DNA of 29,862 bases, taken from Cyanophora paradoxa CCMP329. Lineage: Eukaryota; Plantae; Glaucophyta. Below the pieces are notes generated by a model, which saw only the letters and a program-made list of their open reading frames with translations, made no database searches and was not told the DNA's origin. The translations under genes and the position numbers were made by a program. Within the stretch, counting starts at the first letter, position 1. Every line of letters starts with the position of its first letter. Positions 20,679 to 29,862 of the stretch are shown here, piece by piece. The stretch lies in assembly GCA_004431415.1 (NCBI GenBank), contig QPMI01000681.1, forward strand, positions 1-29,862. Direction: 5' to 3'.

Positions 20679-23600
20679 TCACTGGAAGTTCAACTGCGGC
20701 CCTACAAACTGCTTGCACCGCTCCACTAGCTCATCTAGTCTACCTGGGTCAGCAAACCGATCCTCCTCGGCCACTAGCGGCTTGCGGAACCATTCTTTCG
20801 CAACCGCAACAAATGGTGCGCAGTCCATGGGCTGCGCTGGTGGTGCCCGCGCATACCACCCGACCCCATCGAGGCGAGAAAAGAATCTCGAGCACGCGGT
20901 CAGCTCGGCATCTTGCCTTGAAGATGGAGCCAGCGGTCGTGTGGAAGGTCATATCATGCACAGGCTCCGAGAGCTGAAGGAGGGCCTGCACTAATGCAGC
21001 GGCGTGACTCTTGATGGTGACTCTGCTCGTGATATATATGAGCTCGAGGCAATCAGCAAGAGTGGTTACTGATATCCATGGACAGAAAAAGGAAACCACA
21101 AGTAGAAAAAGGAAGAGGCGCACGGCCAGTGGTCCCACTCGAGATTGGTGAAGCCCCGGAGATAACCATTGTTGCCTCCGGTGTTGTTCCCGGTACATCA
21201 AGCCGGTGCACTTGACTGGAGACGCTGCAGCGCGCGGCACCTTGCGTGGCCGTGCACTCCAGTGCACCGTCGTTTGGCGGTAGGCGAGCCAGCTTCTCGA
21301 CGTACGCACGTGCTGCGGGGCTCGCTGCCCTCGCGTCCCGTATCGCGGTTGCGACCACGGCGATGCTCCCCCGTACCGATCTGGAGCCTCTTCCTCCCGT
21401 GACATTGCAGGGAACAGTGCAGTTTCGCCTTCAGGGTATTGCTCAGCGCGTTGAAGTATCGGTTCTCGGTGTTCGCACGCTGCGACGCGCCCAAGTCAGA
21501 GCACGTTCAGCGGGAGAAGGGAAATAAGAAGGAAAAGAAACAAAGGAAAAGAAAGAAAAGAGAAGGGGGTACGCGGACCGTCTGTACAAGCAGGACAGGA
21601 TGGGTGTCGGAATAGGCCGCTCAGGTGTGCCTAGCCATAGAGGCTTGTTTCGCCTCGTGTATGGCGGAGGCACATACGCCTCAACATCGATGTCCACATC
21701 GACCAATTGTCCCGCGCCGTTTGGCTGAGTTTCTCGTGAGCTTGAGCATTTGCGATAACGTTGCTCGTACCTGTTGGACTTTCCGTGTAGTTCTCCTGTA
21801 TGCCGTCGCGCCGAGTTCGTCCACCTCGGGGTACTCCTCTCCAGAGTCGTTGCCCCCATTCAGCATCCGGTGTGTTAGAACATCTGACTTGGAGCCCATC
21901 TGTTCCAGCACTGCAGCCACTTGCTTCAGAGCCTGAAAGCTGTTCTCCGCTGCGCGACCTGTACCGTATTTCTCCTGCACCGGATTAGGTTCAGTAACCC
22001 CTTCTGTGGCGTCGTCTTCGTACCCTCGCACGCACCGCCAGCTCTGGCTTCATGCGCAGCCGGGTGAAGAGCTCGTTCGCCGGCGCTTCGTGGTGGAGAA
22101 CGCAGGTTTCCCATTGCTCGTGGCACGCCTGTGGAGAACGGCAGGGTACGCGCATCAGCTCCACGTGTCGGGGGGGGGGTACGCGTAGCGAAGGGGGAGG
22201 GGGTTGGAGGGGGGTAGTCGACCTCCATTGACTTGGCGCCTGTTCGGGAGCCGGGCCTGGGTCTTGACCTGCTTGCCGCGCGCCTCCCACGCTGCTCGCG
22301 CCCGCCTTGCGTTGCCGTGCTCCTCTCGTCGAATGCCTTGGCTAGATCTACAAGCCTTTGAATATGAGCTGGTTGGCAATTGTCGCCCACCGCCGAAAAC
22401 GCGATTTGCGGACAAGGTCTGAGAAGATAATGCCGACTGATATGCTGCTTGCCGGCCCTGCAAGAAGGCGAAAGAAGCTCCTTGCCGCTCTTCCGAACAG
22501 CCTGCAGGACCTGCACATCGCTTGCAATCTTGCCGCCACGACCGACATCCCTGTTGCCTCCGTACGCGTTGCACTTCCGAAGAAGCTTCTTCACCTCCGG
22601 GTACGACACGAGATCGTCCTGCGCCTTGCGCTTCCGCCCTTTCCCACGTGGCAACTCTTCCACCAACGCGGCCTCTGCAGCTGCTGCTGCAAGCTCCACA
22701 CATGCATGAAGCCTGCGTCGCCATTGGTAAGAAAAAAAACTTTCCCCCCCCCCCCCCCCCCCCCCCCCCCCGGATGCATACCACAGCTGGAGTGATTCGC
22801 CTTCCCGTGTCTGCTGCTGTGCTGCGTGCACTGATTGAGCGAGACTGCGGAACTGGCCCTTCATTTCTTCCTTCGTGCCAAGTACATTGCTTGCTGGCTG
22901 AGCCCGAGAGTCGCTTGCATACGCAGAAGGTTGATTTCAGACTGTCCGTTTGTGACCTAATATAAAATTAAGAACATGTTACGAAAAGACAGAGCATGAA
23001 AGCATCGTGCACCTCCATGAAAGCATTTGCAAGACTTGTGCCCGTGCAGGCTCACGGTCCAACTCAGCGTCTCCTGGCCGCAGGGCCAGAAGCTGTGTGA
23101 GCACAGCAGCAGCTGAGCGGATCTCGCCATCATCAGGGGCTGCATCACATTTCGGTTTTCAAAATAGAATGCAGTGATTTGAAGGGACGTACTGTAGAAA
23201 TCGAGTGATGAATTGCTCGATCGCCCGTAGAAGAACACCTCTATCCAGAGCGATAGAACATCTTCGATTCAACAGCGTATGATCGTTTGTCATCGCTAGT
23301 ACTTGTGTCATCCTTGCCCTCCTGAAAGTCCAGAGACAAGATGACCTGACCGGGCAGCAAGTAAGCAGAAGAAGCACGAGGCAAGCTGGCATGGACACGT
23401 GCCAGATCTATCTCTCGCAGTCGTCTCTCACGGATGTAGATCTTGTTGGTATAGAAGCTCGTCACCCGGGCCTTTAGCCAGTCGTAGTGCCTGGCTCGAA
23501 GGTCCGTATCCACTGCAAACTCACCGTGCGCCCCTGGCACGCCAAGGCCCAGAAATGCACACTGTGCTGCAGTGAGTGCCGTGCTTCAACTGGCCAAGAT

Positions 23601-25425
23601 AGATAGATGCTTACGTCCATATCAATGAGCTCATCGAGTTGAGAAGAGCTTGAGGTATCTTCCTTGTCGCCAGCAGCTATATCAGCATCTGGATGAGGGT
23701 CGGACGGTGCGCTGAAGGCTTGGCGATTCGATCGACCTAAATGCAGTATCTCATGGCGAATCTCAAGCTAAAGAAGATCGAGGACGCACAGTGCTCATGA
23801 AGTGCTTCAGAGCATGGAGATCCTCCAGTGTCCGTGTCCGTTCTTTGCTGGTTTCACCTCGAAACTGCAACCGACAAGCGTTCGCCTGAGCTTGCCGAGC
23901 CGCTTCTGTCACCTGGATAAGTTGGTCTTAGATTCCATTCGATCAATTCTTTGAGCTGCAGAGCACCTCATCAAGCCAATCAACACAACTCTGAAATTTG
24001 GGCCTCGAAACGCTCCCTTTGTGCCCACAAACAGGTTGCGCAGTGCACGCAAGCATCTGCAGGGGCAGGTCGACGATATGTCCTCCACATAATGCACTTG
24101 GGGGTCCAGATCTGCAAACATGATAAGACAAAGAGGCGGCGTGCAGATTTCACAGAGAAACGCACAGATCTCGAAGGGTGCATGTGCTTGTCGCCTTCTG
24201 CCAGCGCCACCAGCGTCGCCGCCCGCTGCGCCGTCCAGGCGCCACCCGCCGCGCCGCCTCCCGTGCCGCCTCCCGCGCCGCCTCCCCGCCTCCCGCCGCC
24301 TCCCGCCGCTCCGCGCGCCACCGGGCCGGGGGAGGGGAGGGACAGGGCCGGGGGGGGCGGCCCGGGGGGAGGGCGGGCCGGGGGGAGGGACGGGCCCGGG
24401 GAGGGGCGGGCGGGGGGGGGGGGCGGGGAGGGGCGGCCCGGGGGGAGGCGGCCGGGGGAGGGCGGGCCCGGGGGAGGGCGGGCCGGGGGGGGGGGGGCGG
24501 GGGAGGGCGGCCCGGGGGAGGGGCGGCCCGGGGGAGGGCGGCCCGGGGGAGGGCGGGCCGGGGGGACGGGCCGGGGGAGGGCGGGCCGGGGGAGGGACGG
24601 GCCCGGGGAGGGGCGGGCCGGGGGAGGGGCGGGGCCCGGGGAGGGAGGCGGACAAGCTCAAGCCGGAGCGCCCCCGAGGCCGCCCACGAGGCCACCACCC
24701 GCGCGCGGCCGCCAGAAGGGTTGGAGATGAGCTGGAGGTCCACTCCATCTCTTCCTCCCCAAAGAGTGTGCTCCTGGGGTCGACATGCTGGCAGTTCGGG
24801 CATAAGACACCGAAAAGCAGCGATCGCTTGGCCAATGAGAAGGCGGTGGACGTCAAGCCCGCGGCGACCGTTAGAACTGAGAACCCAGAAGCGATCGCCG
24901 GCCCAGCAGCTCTTTGTTAGAGGTCGGACTCGCTGGGTATGGCGCCGAACACAAAGCGATCGCCGAGCAATGAGAAGGCTCTATGCGCGGGCAGATCTAG
25001 CGATCCAATTGAATAGAGAATCTCTATGCGAGCAAGCTCGCAGCGCTACGGGAGGCGGCACGCACTGCAGGCGTTGGCGTTGGCTGGTGCGACGAACTTG
25101 AAGCAGCTCCTGCGCAAGCGATCGCCGGTCAGAGAGCCTTCTCATCGCTCCGGCGATCGCTAGGCCCTGGTACCGAGTACTCCGGGGCGATCGCCAGCGC
25201 GAACCGTCGGACGACGGACGCGGCGCCGGCGATCGCTTGAAAAAGGCCCCGGCCAGATCCGAGCCCACGGCCGGCGGGCATAGTGAACATAGTGCCAAAA
25301 TTTCGCTCCGAAAACACGCTTTTAGAAGGATCGGAAGAAAGCGCGCCCAGGCAGGTCCGAGGGGCGGTTCCGGACGTACCTACTGACTCAGAGCTGCTTG
25401 CGCTGGGCCCGCCGGGCGACGCCAT
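20679..25425 (-). CDS. Spliced multi-exon gene of unknown function, copy E
   Basis: Collinear with the other copies. ATG at 25425, TGA at 20679-20681. Confidence 0.72.
24247..24651. repeat. Compound G-rich minisatellite, copy 5
   Basis: As in copy 1; the G-rich part is ~331 bp. Confidence 0.95.
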
Positions 25426-25844
25426 GGTTGAGAGATCGAATCCCTGCGCGCGCCTTACAGCGGCCGAGGAAGGGCGACGGCTGCAGAATTCGATGATGTG
25501 AACTCGGACAAGCGAAAGCGTGTAGCTAGCGCGCCGCCGGCGCCGCGGGTGAGCCGATGAAGCGAGCGATGTGTACTCCTCGCCGTGCGCGGGCGCGGCG
25601 AAGTCGCCTGCGGGGCGGGCTGGCGCCGCGGGGCTGAGCACGGCGCGCGCGCTGCGAAGCGCTATGCGCGAGCTTTGCGCGAGCTTTGCGTCGACGCCGC
25701 GCGCCTCACTTTCGAAGGTCGGGGTACCCCCCGACTCATTCCCCCCTAAACTTGGGGGCTCGGTGGCTAAAAGCGAAGGCTCTGGGGTACATCGACGAAA
25801 TTTGACTTGCTCCACAAATTGCAAGGCGCTCAAGAACTCTACGC

Positions 25845-27943
25845 TCACTGGAAGTTCAACTGCGGCCCTACAAACTGCTTGCACCGCTCCACTAGCTCAT
25901 CTAGTCTACCTGGGTCAGCAAACCGATCCTCCTCGGCCATAGCGGCTTGCGGAACCATTCTTTCGCAACCGCAACAAATGGTGCGCAGTCCATTGGGCTG
26001 CGCTGGTGGTGCCCGGCGCATACCACCCGACCCCATCGAGGCGAGAAAAGAATCTCGAGCACGCGGTCAGCTCGGCATCTTGCCTTGAAGATGGAGCCAG
26101 CGGTCGTGTGGAAGGTCATATCATGCACAGGCTCCGAGAGCTGAAGGAGGGCCTGCACTAATGCAGCGGCGTGACTCTTGATGGTGACTCTGCTCGTGAT
26201 ATATATGAGCTCGAGGCAATCAGCAAGAGTGGTTACTGATATCCATGGACAGAAAAAGGAAACCACAAGTAGAAAAAGGAAGAGGCGCACGGCCAGTGGT
26301 CCCACTCGAGATTGGTGAAGCCCCGGAGGATAACCATTGTTGCCTCCGGTGTTGTTCCCGGTACATCAAGCCGGTGCACTTGACTGGAGACGCTGCAGCG
26401 CGCGGCACCTTGCGTGGCCGTGCACTCCAGTGCACCGTCGTTTGGCGGTAGGCGAGCCAGCTTCTCGACGTACGCACGTGCTGCGGGGCTCGCTGCCCTC
26501 GCGTCCCGTATCGCGGTTGCGACCACGCGGCGCGCGACGGCGATCTCCCCCGTACCGATCTGAGCCTCCTTCCTCCCGTGACATTGCAGGGAACCAGTGC
26601 AGTTTCGCCTTCAGGGTATTGCTCAGCGCGTTGAAGTATCGGTTCTCGGTGTTCGCCACGCTGCGACGCGCCCAAGTCAGAGCACGTTCAGCAGAAGGGA
26701 AATAAGAAGGAAAAGAAACAAAGGAAAAGAAAGAAAAGAGAAGGGGGTACGCGGACCGTCTGTACAAGCAGGACAGGATGGGTGTCGGAATAGGCCGCTC
26801 AGGTGTGCCTAGCCATAGAGGCTTGTTTCGCCTCGTGTATGGCGGAGGCACATACGCCTCAACATCGATGTCCACATCGACCAATTGTCCCGCGCCGTTT
26901 GGCTGAGTTTCTCGTGAGCTTGAGCATTTGCGATAACCGTTGCTCGTACCTGTTGGACTTTCCGTGTAGTTCTCCTGTATGCCGTCGCGCCGAGTTCGTC
27001 CACCTCGGGGTACTCCTCTCCAGAGTCGTTCCCCATTCAGCATCCATTCAGCATTGTGTTAGAACATCTGACTTGGAGCCCATCTGTTCCAGCACTGCAG
27101 CCACTTGCTTCAGAGCCTGAAAGCTGTTCTCCGCTGCGCGACCTGTACCGTATTTCTCCTGCACCGGAATTAGAGTTCAGTAACCCCTTCTGTGGCGTCG
27201 TCTTCGTACCCCTCGCACGCACCGCCAGCTCTGGCTTCATGCGCAGCCGGGTGAAGAGCTCGTTCGCCGGCGCTTCGTGGTGGAGAACGGCAGGGTTTCC
27301 CATTGCCTCGTGGCACGCCTGTGGAGAACCGGCAGGTACGCGCATCAGCTCCACGTGTCGGGGGGGGGGGGGGTACGCGTAGCGAAGGGGAGGGGGGTTG
27401 GAGGGGGGGGGGTAGTCGAACCTCCATTGGACTTGCGCGCCTTTCGGGAGCCGGGCCTGGGTCTTGACCTGCTTGCCGCGCGGCCTCCCACGCTGCTCGC
27501 GCCCGCCTTGCGTTGCCGTGCTCCTCGTCGTCGAATGCCTTGGCTAGATCTACAAGGCCTTTGAATATGAGCTGGTTGGCAATTGTCGCCCACCGCGAAA
27601 ACGCGATTTGCGGACAAGGTCTGAGAAGATAATGCCGACTGATATGCTGCTTGCCGGCCCTGCAAGAAGGCGAAAAGCTCCTTGCCGCTCTTCCGAACAG
27701 CCTGCAGGACCTGCACATCGCTTGCAATCTTGCCGCCACGACCGACATCCCTGTTGCCTCCGTACGCGTTGCACTTCCGAAGAAGCTTCTTCACCTCGGG
27801 TACGACACGAGATCGTCCTGCGCCTTGCGCTTCCGCCCTTTCCCACGTGGCAACTCTTCCACCAACGCGGGCCTCTGCAGCTGCTGCTGCAAGTCCACAC
27901 ATGCATGAAGCCTGCGTCGCCATTGGTAAAAAAAAAAACTTTT

Positions 27944-27974
<31 letters not shown>

Positions 27975-29862
27975 ATGCATACCACAGCTGGAGTGATTCG
28001 CCTTCCCGTGTCTGCTGCTGTGCTGCGTGCACTGATTGAGCGAGACTGCGGAACTGGCCCTTCATTTCTTCCTTCGTGCCAAGGTACATTGCTTGCTGGC
28101 TGAGCCCGAGAGTCGCTTGCATACGCAGAAGGTTGATTTCAGACTGTCCGTTTGTGACCTAATATAAAATTAAGAACATGTTACGAAAAGACAGAGCATG
28201 AAAGCATCGTGCACCTCCATGAAAGCATTTGCAAGACCTTGTGCCCGTGCAGGCTCACGGTCCAACTCAGCGTCTCCTGGCCGCAGGGCCAGAAGCTGTG
28301 TGAGCACAGCAGCAGCTGAGCGGATCTCGCCATCATCAGGGGCTGCATCACATTTCGGTTTTCAAAATAGAATGCAGTGATTTGAAGGGGACGTACTGTA
28401 GAAATCGAGTGATGAATTGCTCGATCGCCCGTAGAAGAACACCTCTATCCAGAGCGATAGGAACATCTTCGATTCAACAGCGTATGATCGTTTGTCATCG
28501 CTCAGTACTTGTGTCATCCTTGCCCTCCTGAAAGTCCAGAGACAAGATGACCTGACCGGGCAGCAAGTAAGCAGAAGAAGCACGAGGCAAGCTGGCATGG
28601 ACACGTGCCAGATCTATCTCTCGCAGTCGTTCTCACGGATGTAGTCTTGTTGGTATAGAAGCTCGTCACCGGGCCTTTAGCCAGTCGTAGTGCCTGGCTC
28701 GAAGGTCCGTATCCACTGCAAACTCACCGTGCGCCCTGGCACGCCAAGGCCCCAGAAATGCACACTGTGCCTGCAGTGAGTGCCGTGCTTCAACTGGCCA
28801 AGATAGATAGATGCTTACGTCCATATCAATGAGCTCATCGAGTTGAGAAGAGCTTGAGGTATCTTCCTTGTCGCCAGCAGCTATATCAGCATCTGGATGA
28901 GGTCGGGACCGGTGCCGCTGAAGGCTTGGCGATCTCGAGTGCGACCTAAATGCAGTATCTCATGGCGGAATCTCAAGCTAAAGAAGATCGAGGACGCACA
29001 GTGCTCATGAAGTGCTTCAGAGCATGGAGATCCTCCAGTGTCCGTGTCCGGTTCTTTGCTGGTTCACCTCGAAACTGCAACCGACAAGCGTTCGCCTGAG
29101 CTTGCCGAGCCGCTTCTCGTCACCTGGATAAGTTGGTCTTAGATTTCCATTCGATCAATTCTTTGAGCTGCAGAGCACCTCATCAAGCCAATCAACACAA
29201 CTCTGAAATTTGGGGCCTCGAAAACGCTCCCTTTGTGCCCACAAACAGGTTGCGCAGTGCACGCAAGCATCTGGCAGGGGGCAGGTCGACGATGATGGTC
29301 CTCCACATAATGCACTTGGGGTCCAGATCTGCAAACATGATAAGACAAAGAGGCGGCGTGCAGATTCACAGAGAAACGCACAGAATATCGAAGGGTGCAT
29401 GATGCTTGTCGCCTTCTGCCAGCGCCACCAGCGTCGCCGCCCGCTGCGCCGTCCAGGGCGCCACCGCCGCCGCCGCCTCCCGGCCGCCTCCCGCGCCGCC
29501 TCCCGCGCCGCCTCCCGCCGCCGCCTCCCGCGCCGCCTCCCGCGCCGCGCACCGGGCCGGGGGGAGGGGGAGGGACAGGGCCGGGGGGGGGGCGGGCCGG
29601 GGGAGGGGCGGGGCCGGGGGGAGGGACGCGGGCCCGGGGGAGGGCGGGGCCCGGGGGAGGGGGGGGGCGGTGGGAGGGGCGGGCCCGAGGGGCGGGCCCG
29701 GGGAGGGGCGGGCCCGGGGGGGGGGCGGGGCCGGGGGAGGGGGGGGGGCGGGGGGAGGGGCGGGCCCGGGGGAGGGCGGGCCCGGGGGGAGGGGCGGGCC
29801 GGGGAGGGGCGGGCCGGGGGAGGGACGGGCCCGGGGGGAGGGCGGCCCGGGGGGAGGGACGG
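25845..29862 (-). CDS. Spliced multi-exon gene of unknown function, copy F (5' end lies outside the window)
   Basis: TGA at 25845-25847. Exons are collinear up to the G-rich VNTR, where the window ends. Confidence 0.72.
29465..29862. repeat. Compound G-rich minisatellite, copy 6 (truncated)
   Basis: As in copy 1; it runs off the window end. Confidence 0.95.

Larger units (their letters stand above)
1..29862. repeat. Head-to-tail tandem array of a ~5.2 kb unit, ~5.7 copies, running off both ends of the window
   Basis: The anchor AGAGTGGTTACTGATATCCATG recurs at 1, ~5342, 10625, 15831, 21061 and 26226 (periods ~5341, 5283, 5206, 5230, 5165). All intervening sequence is collinear and in the same orientation. 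Differences are mostly single-base indels plus one 150-bp copy-number variant. Confidence 0.99.

Noticed and set aside
26521-27060. Unit-6-specific small insertions (near 26527-26540 and 27041-27055)
   Set aside because: They are single-copy stutter-like changes in a noisy unit and are most likely sequencing artefacts.
1-29862. rDNA, 5S, histone or spliced-leader array; LTR or TIR transposon
   Set aside because: I found no rRNA, snRNA, tRNA or histone motifs, and no RT, integrase, DDE or tyrosine recombinase motifs or unit-terminal repeats.

Overview
The whole window is a head-to-tail tandem array of a ~5.2 kb unit (5 full copies plus 0.7). Copies are nearly identical and differ mostly by 1-bp indels in homopolymers, as expected from unpolished long-read sequence. 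The ORF track is misleading. Read across copies, about 90% of each unit is one minus-strand eukaryotic gene with 13 short (47-102 nt) GT/GC-AG introns and 1-2 longer 5' introns. It splices into roughly 1,100 aa with no family I recognise: a Pro/Gly-rich N-terminus encoded by a G-rich VNTR, a basic NLS-like patch, and about 890 aa of non-repetitive sequence. The 5' intronic region is unusual. It has 7 GCGATCGC palindromes in about 420 bp and a ~28-bp inverted repeat around a 150-bp cassette that carries a candidate 44-nt micro-exon; this cassette is doubled in copies 1-2 and single in copies 3-5. The source is probably a GC-rich, short-intron microbial eukaryote (fungus-like or protist). The sequence alone cannot separate a chromosomal array from a concatemer of a circular element. 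I found no rRNA, tRNA, CRISPR array or recognisable transposase.
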